NCBI RefSeq assembly: GCF_963921235.1
Contig: NC_086101.1
Coordinates: 190,774,001 to 190,838,000, forward strand
Origin: Mobula hypostoma
Taxonomy: Eukaryota
Length of the DNA: 64,000 nucleotides
Reading direction: 5' to 3'
The notes beneath the pieces were generated by a model. That model saw nothing but the letters and a program-made list of their open reading frames with translations. It made no database searches and was not told the origin of the DNA. The translations under genes and the position numbers were made by a program. Below are positions 13,435-25,989 of the stretch, one piece after another. Position 1 is the stretch's first letter. Every line of letters starts with the position of its first letter.

Positions 13435-14935
13435 CGGTACTCAGAGTGTTATATCTCAATGCACAGAGTATAAGAAATAAGGTGGATAATTATGTTGCAC
13501 TATTAGAGATTGTCAGGTATGATGATGTGGTCCTCACTGATTCATGGCTGAAGAATGGTACTTATATACAAGCCTCCCAACAGTCCTGGGATGTGGACAA
13601 CAGATTACAATGGGAAATAGAAAAGCAGTGTCAAAAGGACAATGATATGTTTGTCATGGAAGATTTCAACATGCAGGTTGATTGGGAAAATCAGGTTTGT
13701 CATGGATCTCAAGAAAGTGAGTTTGTTGAATGCCTAAGAGATAGCTTTTCAGAGCAGTTTGTCATTGAGATTAGCAGGGGATCAGTTATACTGGACTTAA
13801 TGTTATGTAATGAACTGGAGGTGATAAGGGAGCTTAAGGTAAAAGAACCTTCAGGAGACAGTGATTGCAATATGATTGAGTTCAACTTGAAATGTGATAG
13901 GGAGAAAGTAAAGCTGATGTAGCAGTCTTTAAGTGAAGTAAAGGAAATTACAGTGGTATGAGAGAGGAGTGGGCCCAAGTAAAGTGTAAGAAGCTGCTGG
14001 CAGGGATGACAGCAGAGCAGCAATGGTGTGAGTTCCTGTAAAAAATGAGGATGCAGCAGGATAGATGTATTCCAAAAATGAAGAAATACTCGTGGGAAAG
14101 TAGTACAACCGTGGCTGACAAGGGAAGTCAAAGGTAATGTAAAAGCAAAAGAGAGGGCATACAACAAAGGAAAAATTAATGGGAAAACAGAAGATGGGGA
14201 AGCTTTTAAAACACTACCAAGGGCAACTGGATTAATCTTTTGGAGGAAAAATATGAAATATGAAAGGAAGTTTGCAAACAATATCAAAGTGGATAGTGAA
14301 AGAGTTTTCAAGTATGTTATAAATAATAGAGAGATGAGAGTGGATATAGGACCGCTAGAAAATGAAGCTGGAGAAATAATAACGAGGGACAAGGAGATGA
14401 CTGATGAACGAAATGAGTACTTTGCATCAGGCTTCACTGTGGAAGACACTCACAGTGTTCCAGATGTTGAAGGATGTGAGGGAAGAGAAGTGATTGCAGT
14501 TACTATTACAAGGGGGAATATACTCAAAAAGCTGAAAGCCTTAAGGGTATATTAGTCACCTGTACCAGATGAACCGCGCCCTAGTGTTCTGAAAGAGATA
14601 GCAGTAGAGATTGTGGAGGCATTTATAATGATCTTTCAAATTGATCATTGGACTGGAATGATGCCAGAGGACTGGAAAATTGCAAGTGTCACTCCACTCT
14701 TTAAGAAAGGAGGAAGGCAGCAGAAAGAAATTATAAACCAGTTGGCCTGACCACAATGGCTGGGAAGATGATGGAATGAATTGTTAAGGATGACACAGGA
14801 CAAGTTAGGATGAAGTCAGCATGGTTTCCTTAAGGGAGCGAGTGGGAATAAAAGGATCTTTTTCTGGTTGGCTGCCAGTAACTAGTGGCGTTCCACAGGG
14901 GTTGGTATTCAGACCGCTTCATTCTATGCTGTATA
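13435..14935 (+). mobile_element. Old CR1 ORF2 fragment (endonuclease to RT start), head-to-head with the minus-strand copy
   Basis: LYLNAQSIRNKVD, MEDFNMQVDW, DLMLCNELEVI, VFKYVINNREMRVDIGPL in ORFs 13446..13922 and 14253..14555. Confidence 0.85.
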
Positions 14936-15374
14936 TCATCTTTTTTCAATAGGAGATGCTTCGAGGCGATTTGTGTGGCAGCAGAACTCTTAATGGATAC
15001 GATTAATTATTCTCGCTTCAGCCTGATACAGCTAAAAACACAACTGCTCCAAGGTCAGTACAGTTAGCAAAGACATCTTCATGCGATTAAATGAACTATC
15101 ACTTCTTAAAAAGGACAGAAGCAATACCGATTGTGGACATATTCCTCGCCGGATGCCACGTAGGAAATGTGGCTGCAGATCAGGGATACAAGTGAGTTTA
15201 AGTAAACAGGGTTTTAAACTCCCAATACCGACTATCTTGCGGGCAAACATGCTGACTCTGGTGAATAATATCAATGATCTCAGAGCTAGGGTGCTGAATC
15301 AGAGGGACATTAGGACAGCTTGTGTCCTTTGATTCACGGAATCCTGGTTAACCCCTTCCATACTGGATGCAGTG

Positions 15375-15670
15375 TTGGCGCCTGGCCAAGTAGTTAAGGC
15401 GTTCGTCTAGTGATTTGAAGGTCGCTAATTAGAGCCTTGACTGAGGCAGCGTGTGTGTCCTTGAGTAAGTCACTTAACCACACATCGCTCTGCCACGACA
15501 CCGGTACCGAGCTGTATGGGTCCTAATGCCCTTCCCTTGGACAACATCGGTGGAGTGGAGAGGGGAGACTTGCAGCATGGGAACTGCTGGTCTTCCATAC
15601 AACCTGCGACCTGGAAACCTTCCAAGGCACAAATCCATGGTCTCATAAGACTAATGGATGACTATATATA
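15375..15670 (+). mobile_element. tRNA-derived SINE with a 13-bp TSD
   Basis: TSD ACTGGATGCAGTG at 15362-15374 and 15671-15683. A-box-like TGGCCAAGTAG and a degenerate B box. Internal GTGTCCTTGAGTAAGTCACTTAACC block common in fish SINEs. TA-rich tail. Confidence 0.85.
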
Positions 15671-15743
15671 ACTGGATGCAGTGATCCAGATCGAAGGGTT
15701 TACTATACACCGTCAGGATGGATCTACAGATTCTCTCATGATC

Positions 15744-16386
15744 TATCAATCTACCACAGGAGGTGGCAGGAGAAGATGGCAACGCGACGCAGCGCGCGTA
15801 GCCTCTCCGGTGAAATGATATCGCACTTTTAAGCAAGATGCCGTGCACAATTCTGATGTGATGAAGACAGACATGAAAAACAGAGGAACATCTGGAGAAA
15901 TTTCTGAAATGCCTGGTTCGCTGCCGCTACTACTGTGCGATCGAGAATCTTCCGGAGGGAAGGCCTCAAAATCCCCGGCTTTGCCTGCTGCTGGCGATCG
16001 AGGCTGAGGTCGAAGCGTTTGGCAGAGATGGTGCTCGGTACTCGGTGTCGGGAGGGCTGATTGGAGCTCGAAGTTTTCGGATGACTCAGAGTCAGATTGT
16101 GGTCGGGCACGGCAGGGAGAGTTTTCTTCCTTCTCTCGTCTGCGTGAGCTGTGGGACTTTCGAGAGACTTTGAACTTTTTTCACAGTGCCATGGCCTGTT
16201 CTTCATCAAGTTATGGTATTGTTGCACTGATGTAACTGTATGTTATAATTACGTGGTTTTTGTTAGTTTTTCAGTCTTGGTCTGTCCTGTGTTTCTGTGA
16301 TATCACACCGGAGGAATATTGTATCATTTCTTAATGCATGCATTACTAAATGACAATAAAAGAGGACTGTGTGTCCTCATAATCTA
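15744..16386 (+). mobile_element. Unclassified ~640-bp non-autonomous retroelement (AGAAGATGGC near the 5' end, AATAAA...AATCTAAT tail)
   Basis: Flanked by ATGATC at 15738-15743 and 16387-16392. The Rex1 reading frame resumes after it. No coding capacity recognised. Confidence 0.65.
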
Positions 16387-18929
16387 ATGATCAACTCTTC
16401 TTGGTGCACAAATACATCAGTGCTGTCCCATTTCTGCTCACCAGACCTGGAATACCTCGCAGTAAAATAACTTTACACAGGAGTTCTCCTGGGTCATTTA
16501 GTTAGCAGTATACATTCCACCTCAGGCCAATGTCTATGAGGCTTTAGAAGATCTGAGCATTGGGTTTAACAGCACACCCTAACGCCTTCACCATCGTTTT
16601 GGGGGATTTTAACCAGGCTAGTCTGAATAAAAAAATAAACAATTTGCCATCAACAGATCACTTGCAATACCAGAGGAAACAACATTCTGGACCTTTGTTA
16701 CACCACCATCAAGAATGGTTACTGCGTTATTCTACTCCCTCACTTCGTGAAGTTTGATTACCTGGCTGTACTTCTACTCCCTGAGAATAGGCAGAGACTG
16801 AAGGTTGCAGCACCAATAGTGAGGACAAAGGAGGTATGGACAAGGGAAGCACAAGAACGCCTACAGGACTGCATTGAATTGATGCACTGGACTGTATTCA
16901 GGCATTCATCTTGGAGTCTGGATAAGTATGCTGCTGTTGTTACTGACTTCAGTAAAACCTGTATGGGTGAGTGTGGGCGGGGGTGACTGCAAAGACTTGC
17001 TGTACATTCGCAAACCGAAAGCTGTGAATGAACCAGGAGGTACGTCATTTGCTGAAGGCTACATCTGTGGCATTCTGAGCTGGTGACCAAAGACTGTACC
17101 AGAAAAACAGGTCTGACTTGCGGAATGCTAATTCAAGGGCAAAGAGACAATTTTGAACGAGGTTGGAGGTGACATCAGATGCACGGCAACTCTAGCAGGG
17201 TCTGAAAGACATTACTTCCTACAAAGCGAAACCCAATAGCAATGCTTCAGTACCAGATGAACTCAATGGCTTCTATGCCCCCTTTGAAAGGGAGAATACA
17301 ACTACAGCTGTGAAGATCCCTGCTGCACCTAGTGAACCAATGCACCCAATGTTAGGCAGTCTCTAAAGAGGGTGAGCCCTCGCAAGGCGGAAGGTTGGGA
17401 GAATCCAAGGACACTTTCAACCTCTCACCTCTACAGGCAGAAGTTCCCACTTGCTTCAAAAAGGCAACAATTATACAAGTGCCTAAGAATAATAATGTGA
17501 TCTGCCTTAATGACTATCACCTAGTAGCATTCACCTCTGCTGCGATGAAATGCTTTGGAAGATTGTTTTTGAATTCCTGCCTCAGCAAGGAGCGGAAACC
17601 ATTACAATTTGCCTATCAGCACAATAGGGCAACGTCAGACGCAATCTCAATGGCTCTTCACACGGCGTTCGACCACTTGGACAATACAAGCACCTGTGTC
17701 AGGATGCTGTTCATCAACTATAGCTCAGCATTTGATATCATCATTCCCACAATTCTGATTGAGAGGTTGCAGAACCTGGGCCTCTGTACCTCCATCTGCA
17801 ATTGCATCCTCGACTTCCAAACCAGAAGACCACAATCAGCGCGGATTGGTGATAACACATCCTCCTCGCTCACATTCAATACTGGTTCACCTCAGGGGTG
17901 TGTGCTTTACCCACTGGCTGATTGATGCTTTTGTTGTTGCCTGTGAGTGGGCAGTGGGTGTCTTTGGGATTCTGACATTTTCTATCATTCATTCTTTGGA
18001 GGTTTTCTTTCTATTTCGTGGATGTCTGCAAAGAGCAAGAATTTCAGGTTGTATACGGAATACATTCTCTGATGTTAAATTCAACCATTGTACCATTAAA
18101 CCATGGAATCGCTGCATGATTGGGTAGTACGTGATGAGATATACGTTCTTTGATAATTATTTTGAACTTTGCAGAGGATCTGAAAGCACAGACTCAAGTC
18201 ATCTGCAATCACATCAATTCACATTCAGATGCAATTATGCATTAATTACACGTGAAATGCATCATTAGCATAAAGAACCTATGTGCTGGGAGGCGGGCAG
18301 TGCACAAGTGTCCTTACAATTGAAGGATCTATCAGGCCACTCGTCTGAGTGCTACTGGTACCATGTAACCCAGCACTGCCTGTCTCATGGCCGGGCGGTC
18401 GGCGACTAAACCGGCTCGCGCACCAGGCTTGCCTGGTGAGGAGGGTGGCTGGACAACGTGCACGATGGAAAACAGGACCTGTCAAAGGGCGGATGAACCC
18501 TCTCGTAGGGACAACGGCCATCTAGCAAACATGTGCTGTGAAGGGCGGAAAGGGCATCCCCTGCATCAAAGCTTGGTCTGGCCGTTCACTCCAACAAAAC
18601 TTCCCACAGCGGTCTTGGACCCCACCATGCCACTGGATCCGGGAGGGGAGGTCGAGAGGGTGGGTCTGGACCTGTGCAATCCCCTACTCAACTAAAATCC
18701 ATTCACGCACAAGGATGCATGGGATGATTGGTTAATAAGTTACACAGAATGCATTTTGAAGGCAGTTAATGGGCATTTGAGAGAGAGGGTGGGTTGCAAG
18801 GAAATAGAGAGGGAATGGGACAAATGGGAGCCATCATAGTCTAACAGCCGGGTGGTCTTCCTTGGAGTAATATGTAGGACCAAGCAGTTCTTGAATTCAA
18901 GTATCTTCTGTAGATAGAGCTAAACAATT

Positions 18930-19270
18930 CAATACAACACACACAAAATTCTGGAGGAACTTAGGACAGCCAGCATACAGAAATAAACTTTCGACATTGC
19001 AGGCCGAATCCCTTCATCAGGGCTGCAAAGGATGAGGAGAAGCCTGAATAAACAATGTTGGGAGGGAAAAGAGGACAAGCTAGAAGCAGATAGTTGAAGC
19101 CAGTGGGTTGGGGAGGAGGGTTGACTTAAGAAGTAGGGAAGTGATAAGTGGAAAAGGCAAGGGACTGGAGAAGAAGGGATCTTATATAAAATTATAATGG
19201 CACATGGGAAATGGGGAATAACATTAGGAGAGCACCAGGGGAACTGATAGGCAGGTGATGGGCAGAAAAG
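18930..19270 (-). mobile_element. Degenerate Penelope-derived 3' end
   Basis: Minus strand CCTGATGAAGGGATTCGGCCTGCAATGTCG plus a pyrimidine-rich 3' UTR resembling 49777-50160. Confidence 0.65.
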
Positions 19271-19289
19271 ATTTAAGAGGGCAGTATGA

Positions 19290-19720
19290 TAGCATGTGTC
19301 TCCCTTTGCTGTGGCCAGAGGTTTTGGACATCACATTTAGTATGAACAACTAAAGTGAAGGATGAATCTGCTATTGATACTCTACCCTGACACTAACTGC
19401 AGGAACCTGCAATGACAACCCTGGAGTCCTTCACCCACTCCTCACTGCTTTGGACTCCTCACTCACTGGTCTTTACTTCCTGACCCTGAATTACTGTATT
19501 TTTTTCAGTTGCTCTGGAATATTGAGGAACTGTTAAACTGCAACTGTGACACAAATGAACCACACTGTTGATTCAAAGAAGAAGAGGTCGAGCAGAGAGC
19601 AAAGTTATTCATAGAATTTAAGGAAACAACAGCAAAGTGTGCCTCAATGCACTCACCACATTCTGTGTAAAATAAACCTGTCCTGCTCTTTAAACTGCAC
19701 ACCCTCCCCAACCAACGCAC
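19290..19720. repeat. Recurrent ~450-bp non-coding module, copy 1 of at least 5
   Basis: Core CAGAG(A)GCAAAGTTATTC.TAGAA.TTAA.GGAA..ACAGCAAAGTGTG.CTCAATGC.CTCA.CACATT...GTAAAA.AAAC recurs at 19590, 27810, 29835, 38500 and 45795. Confidence 0.8.
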
Positions 19721-19849
19721 ATTCACAAAGCTGAAGACAGTGCCTGTACGTTTTGTAGCAATGGAGCAGTTTGAGAACAGCTTGTTCTCCTTATCTGATG
19801 AAAGATGTGCTGGCATTGGAGTGGGTCTCGAGGAGGGTGACATGAAAGA

Positions 19850-21530
19850 TTCCAGGAATGAAAGGGTTAACACGTGAGGAGCGTTTGATTGCTCTGGGCC
19901 TGTACTCGCTGCAGTTTAGAAGAATGAGCGGGCATCTCACTGAATCCTGTTGAATATTGAAAGCCTGAGACAGAGTGGAAGTGGGAAGGGTGTTTCCTCA
20001 TGTGGATGAGTCAAGGACCAGAGGGCACAGATCCGAATAGAGTGATGTCCATTTAGAACAGATCTGAGTAGGAATATGGTTTGGCAGGTGGTAATGAATT
20101 GTGGAATTCATTGGCAGAAACGGTTGTGTATGCCAAATCATTGAGTATATGTAAAGTTGAGGAGGATAGGTTATTGACGTCAGGGCGTCAAAGGTTACGG
20201 TAAGAAGGCAGAAGAGAGGGATTCAGTGGGATAATAAATTAGTCATGATGGAATATCAGAGCACAGTCAATGTGTCGAATGGCCTAATCATTCTCCTATG
20301 TGTGAGGGTCTTAACAACGACAGCCTTTATAAACCCACTGCGAACTAAGTAATGTAAACACACAGGCAAGAACATGACAATACCTAATCACACAATTCCA
20401 GATAGAGGAAGAGGCACAACGGACATGAAAAATGACAGATAATCAAACATTCCACAGTCAAAGGCACTTGGACCACATGTACTCCCTATTCTGATGTTTG
20501 TTCTGAGCAACAAATGAAACTTTTGAACATCTCTGCATTGGGTTGATGCCACATGAGTGATTGAAGGGGCTTAATTGAGCTGGAGGTCTGTAATTATGGA
20601 TGTTTCATAGGGATTTGTGCTGGGAGCTCTGCCGTTTGTGATGTACTTAAATGACCTGGACAAAAATGTACATTGGTGGGTTATTAAGTTTGTAGATGAC
20701 ACCACGATTAGTGGATTGTGGATTGTGTAGCAGACTGGCAAAGAATACAATACGATATATATCACTTGTAGATATGGACAAAGAAATGGCAGATGGAGTT
20801 GAACTCAGATAAATGTGAGGTTTTGCACCTTGGTATGGAAATTGCAAGGAGACAATACACTGTTAGGGCAAGTCTGTCAACAGTGTTGCTGAACAGAGGG
20901 TTCTTGGCATCCAAGTTCATAGCTCAGTGAAAGTGGCTACACAGATCAATAGGGTGGTATAAGTGATTTATGGAATACTCGCTTTTATTAGTTGAGATAT
21001 GGAATTCAAAGGCCAAAGGGTCATGTTGGAACTTTAGGAACTGTGGCGTCTACTATCATCAGGACATTGAGGCTTTGGAGAGAGTGTAGAAGAGATTTAC
21101 CATGATGCTGCCTGGTTTAGAGTGCATGTGTGAAACTGGACAAACTTATTTTTTTTGAGTGGCGGATTATGAGGGAAGATCTGACAAAGGTTTATAAGAT
21201 CATGTGGGGCCTAGATAGAGTAGACAGGGAGTATCTTTTTTTCCAGGGTAGAAATGTCTAATACCAGACGGCATCCATTGAAGGTGAGAGATGATGTGAG
21301 AGGTAAGTGTTTTACTCAGAGATGGTGGATGCCTGGAACGTGCTGTCTGGTGTAGCGGTGGAGGCAAATACATTCGAGGCATTTAGATAGCACATGACTA
21401 TGAGGAAAAAATAGGGATATGTAAGTAGGCGAGATTACTGCTGGGTACTTCTTAATTTTCTTTTTTACTAGGTTTATCAGAACATTGTTTTCCAAAGGGC
21501 CTGTTCCTGTGCTGTACGGTTCTATGTTCT
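19850..21530 (+). mobile_element. Two old CR1 3' fragments (19850-20300 and 20590-21530)
   Basis: Degenerate GLYSLQFRRM, KFVDDT and EALERV..RFTMMLPGLE motifs. (GTTCTAT)n-like end near 21520. Confidence 0.7.
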
Positions 21531-21949
21531 ATTAATGTTGTGCCCTTGGCTGTGTTTGACTGTTGGCATTCGTTTTGCACCTTGGGCCCAGAGGAACACT
21601 GCTTCATTTGATTATTTCCAAGTCTTCGGTTGAATGACAATTAAACTCAAACCTGAACGAACTCATTAACATTTCACTCACAGCCACATGTCTCTCAATC
21701 CCCTAGATCAGACGAAGGCCCTTCAATCACAAGTACTCTGCTGCTTCAAACACCTACACTTATCTTTTGTTAATCCACGGCTCATGAGCATGCCTGAATG
21801 GAACAAATGACTCCAGTACTGGGTTGGAATTGATGCCATGGATCAATAACATCAAGCAACGGGTCCATGGACCCCAGGTTGAGAAACCATGCTCGACAAT
21901 TTACACAGAAGACAACTGTCTTACTGACAGAGGAAACTTTATTTGTTTA

Positions 21950-22150
21950 TTATTTAGAGATACAGCACAGTAACAAACCTGCAGCAGTTACATACACCAA
22001 AGTGACTAATTGCTCTCTGAACCACAAACTCTTTGGAATGTGGGAGGTAACTGGTTCACCCAGAATGACCCCATGCAGTCTCAGGATGAACGTACAAACT
22101 TCTTACAGACAATGGTGGGTATTGGACCCGGGTCGCTGGCACTGGTGTTT
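21950..22150 (-). mobile_element. V-SINE/HE1-like SINE fragment
   Basis: CTTTGGAATGTGGGAGGTAACTGG..CACCCAG...AACGTACAAACT is the reverse complement of the conserved V-domain GTTTGCACGTTCTCCCC...GGTTTCCTCCCACA. Confidence 0.7.
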
Positions 22151-22444
22151 GCATGTTGTCCCTGTGGCTGTGTGTGGGCATCCCATGCGTGTTCTGTTTC
22201 TTTTCCGATGCAACAAGGATGCATGGGATGATTGGTTAATAAATTACACAGAGTGCGTTTTGGAGGCACTTAATGTGCATTTAAGGGAGGATGGGTTACA
22301 AGAAAATAGAGAGGGAATGGGACAACTGAGAGCACCCTGCTGGGAGCCACCATAGTCTAATGGTCGGATGATCTCCCTTGGAGTAATAAGTATCAACAAA
22401 CAGTTCTTGAAATCAATTACCGTCTGTAGATAGAGCTAAACAAT

Positions 22445-23080
22445 TCAATACAACACACTAAATTCTGGAGGATGTCGGTGGGTCAGCCAGCATCTAGAGG
22501 AATAAACATTCGAAATTTCAGGCCGAATCCCTTCATCAGGACGGCAAAGGAAGAGGAGAAGCCTATTGTTGGGAGGGAAAAGAGTACAAGCTAGGTGGAG
22601 ATAATTGAAGCCAGTGGGTTGGGGAGGGGGATTGATGTAAGAAGTAGGGAGGTGATAAGTGGAAAAGGCAAGGGACTGGAGAAGGGACCTTATAGGAAAT
22701 TATAATAGATCATGGGAAAGGGGAAGGACATTAAGAAGGCAGTGGGAGAGTTGATAGGCAGGTAATGGGATGAAAAGAGTTAAGGGGGCAGTGTGGCGAA
22801 TTGAAGAGGGAAGGAGCGGGGGATCAACAGAAGTTGAAAAATCGATGTTGTTGCTTTCAGCTTGGATACCATCCAACCCGTATATGGTGAGAAACTCCCC
22901 CTCATTATGGCAGTAGATGGGACCACGCACCAACATGTCAGAGTAGGAATGGGGATTTTAATTAATATGGTTAGCCACTGGCAAATGTAACTTTTTGCAG
23001 ATGGAACGAAGGGGATCAACAAGGCGTCCCCCCAGCTTCCATCAGGTGTGACCAATGTGGAGGTGGCCACACCGGGAGCA
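22445..23080 (-). mobile_element. Degenerate Penelope fragment (3' end plus GIY-YIG C-terminus)
   Basis: Minus strand GTCCTGATGAAGGGATTCGGCCTGAAATTTCG. 22800-23080 aligns to 50160-50450 of the intact PLE. Confidence 0.7.
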
Positions 23081-23839
23081 CCAGATGTGGAGGGAACGAA
23101 GGTGGTCGAGAAAGCGGTTCCCCAATCTATGCCTGGCATTAATTACGTGAATTAAATATATATTTTTACATACTGCACCTTCTTACAATCCCACAGTTAA
23201 ATAGGTAATTATTCTTTTAATTAAAAACGCTATAAGAATTAGTAAGTCAAACATAATGACTGCTATGGATGGTTTTAGTAAGATGTTTCCAGTGTTTAAG
23301 TAGGTGCTGCCAAGCGAAGCAATGGAAATAGATTAATATATCACTACAGTTGTAGACTCCCAAGGTGCCAGCACAAAACCAGACTCTTTGACCCATCTCG
23401 TACACAAACTATTCGGGCTCGTCCCATCGATCCACACATGGTCCATTGTCCTTATACCCCTTTCATGCATGTATGTATCCAAAATTCTCTTAAGCATTGT
23501 AACTGTTCTGTTCAGTGCAGAAATTATTCGTTGGGCCCACAACATGAATGACACCCTGTTGCCCATCTATGTCTCCTATTTGACTACAATAGGTGCATAT
23601 TCTCTGCGCCTCACCTAAAGGATACCTGTGTCAATGCATCAAACGCATTCCAGACATTAAACAGTGCATGTGAACATTTTGGTTCATGCAAAAACCCTTT
23701 CTCACTCACTGTATTATCTCATATTGTATTCTCTTACCGGTAATATTTGTTGGAAATTGGAAAGACTCTAAACAAACAGCAGACTGAAACTTCATCAGTA
23801 ATTGGCAGCCAGAGATGATCAGTTTTCTCCACTAATAAT

Positions 23840-24140
23840 GAGAGGACATACCAATGCCCAAGAATGGAAAAGCCAACAAAGAGTCATGTATACAGCCCAG
23901 TCCATCACAAGCAATGTCCACCCCACCACTGAGCACATTTAAAAGCAGCACTGCCCCGAGAAAGCAGCAATCATCATTTAGGGCAGCTACCATCCAACCC
24001 ACGCTCCCTTCTGTCTTGCTGCTATCAGGAAGGAAATAAATTACCCTTAGTTTAAGGAGGGTTATTACCCTTCAGTCATCAGGTTTCTGAAATAGTGTGG
24101 ATAACTTCACCTACCTCAACACAAAACTGATCACTGAACA
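23840..24140 (+). mobile_element. Rex1/Babar-type 3' coding fragment (also at 35250-35550 and 44380-44700)
   Basis: Degenerate AQSIT..PTTEHI.K..C.RKAA.II...HHP.H..FSLL.SGR motif. Confidence 0.65.
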
Positions 24141-24489
24141 CAGCTTCTGAACACAGTTTCAGGGATTCTAGATCTTACGTCCCATGTACTTCACCTGGAA
24201 CCAGATTCCATTCCACAGCTTCCTTACCCCACACATCCCCCAGCTCCACCTCCATGTTCTCGCTCAGGAAAAGACCTTCCTCTACTTATTCCATAGTCCC
24301 CTCACCACGCATGCCCCCTAACTTTACCCGCTTTTTCCCTCTCGGGGACAATTCCGCCCTTTACACCCACCTACCACTGTGAGACCCATTAACAGGTGTA
24401 GGCCATTTGGCTATCTGACCCTGCTCCCCCAGTCAATGCAATCATGATGGACCATTCACCTTAGGATCCTTCACCTTTAATCTCTTTGC

Positions 24490-24700
24490 CATTACAAGAT
24501 TATGCAGGACCTCAGCAGGTCAGGCAGCATCTATGGATCGAAATAAACAGTTGACATTTCTGGGCAAGATTCTTCATCAGGACTAGATTGATAAAGGGCT
24601 TCAGTCCAAATATCGGCTGTTTATCCCTTTCCATTTGACATTTCCTGTTTTGCTGAATTCCTCCTGCATGTTTTTGTGTGTTACTCTGGGTTTCCATTAT
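24490..24700. mobile_element. Palindromic Penelope-end-derived element with two opposed hammerhead-like halves (other copies at 29220-29395 and 35900-36100)
   Basis: GCAGGACCTCAGCAGGTCAGGCAGCATCTATGG...GACATTTCTGGGCAAGATTCTTCATCAGGACT is followed by its degenerate inverse TTGATAAAGGGCTTCAGTCCAAATATCGGCTG...GCTGAATTCCTCCTGCATGTTTTTGTG. Confidence 0.7.
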
Positions 24701-25989
24701 CTGTAATATGTTCAAAGGTTCATTTTGTCATCAAAGATATATATGCATAACAGAATTCTGAAATCTGTCTGCTCCAGATCGCTATAGAGCACAGAAAATC
24801 CTATGTTGACAGACATCAATGCCCTGCTGCATGAAAAGAAATAAACAAAAACCTACAAACCCCCAACCCCTCCCTTACACAAAAACCAACAGATCACCCA
24901 AACCCCAGCCCGCCGATCCACAGCAAGAAATAGTGGGCGAGACCAAGAGAAAAACATAGAAATGTAAGAGACCAATATGAACAACAGTCCAATCCATAAA
25001 TCTCAGAATTTCGATAACATCTCCAAGAAAATCAGGACCCAGTGGTCCAAGGATACACCATCAACTCTGCTCCGCCATTCAATCCCGGCCAATCCTTTAT
25101 TTCCCCCTCAGCCCCCCTCCCCAGCCCTTCCTCGTAACCTTTGATGTCCAATCAAGAACCTATCATCACCACCTTAAATAACCCAATGATTTGGTCTCTG
25201 CAGTTGCCTGTGGTAAGAAATTCCACAAATTCATCACCCTCTGACTAAAGATTGTGCCCTCTTGTCCTAGACTCCGATACCGTGCAAAACGTCCTTTCCA
25301 CATCTACTCCATCCAGACTTTTCAACACTTGAAAGGTTTCAATGAGATCTCCCCATTCCTCCTGCATGTTTTTGTGTGTTACTCTGGGTTTCCATTATCT
25401 GTAATATGTTCAAAGGTTCATTTTGGCATCAAAGATATATATGTATAATAGAACTCTGAAATTTGTCTTCTCCAGTTCGCTATAGAGCACAGAAAATCCT
25501 ATGTTGAGAGACATCAATGCCCTACTGCATGAAAAGAAATAAACAAAAACTTGCAAATCCCCAACCCCTTCCTTACACAAGTAGTAACAGATCACCCAAA
25601 CCCCAGCCCGCCAATCCGCAGCGAGAAGTAATGGGCGAGACCAAGATAAAAACATAGAACTGTTGCAGACCAATATGAACTACAGTCCAATCCATAAATT
25701 TCAGAATTTCGGTAACATCTCCAAGAAAATCAGGACCCACTGGTCCAAGGATGCAAGACACAGTATGTCCACAACACTATAAGACATAGACACGGAATTT
25801 GGTCATTTGGCCCATCAACTCTGCTCCGCCATTCAATCCCGGCCAATCCTTTTTTTCCCCCCTCAGCCCCCCACACCAGCCCTGCCTCGTAACCTTTGAT
25901 GTCCAATCAAGAACCTATCATCACCACCTTAAATAACCCAATGCTTTGGCCTCTGCAGCTACCTGTAGTAACAAATGTATCACCCTCTG

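Larger units (their letters stand above)
14940..18110 (+). mobile_element. Degenerate Rex1/Babar-type LINE, internally deleted, carrying two nested insertions
   Basis: KLPIPTILRANM..LVNNINDLRARVLNQRDIRTACVL, LGDFNQASL, PTCFKKATIIQVPK...LQFAYQHNR...MLFINYSSAF...TGSPQGCVL (ORFs 15081.., 16560.., 17395..17925). It then jumps to a LINE-like 3' UTR at 17920-18110. Confidence 0.8.

Noticed and set aside
12584-14935. Head-to-head CR1 pieces as a single twin-primed (5'-inverted) insertion
   Set aside because: Both arms contain the same endonuclease-linker sequence, so they are two separate copies rather than complementary halves.
15375-15450. tRNA gene
   Set aside because: Degenerate B box, no cloverleaf, and followed by a SINE body with a TSD, so it is a SINE head.
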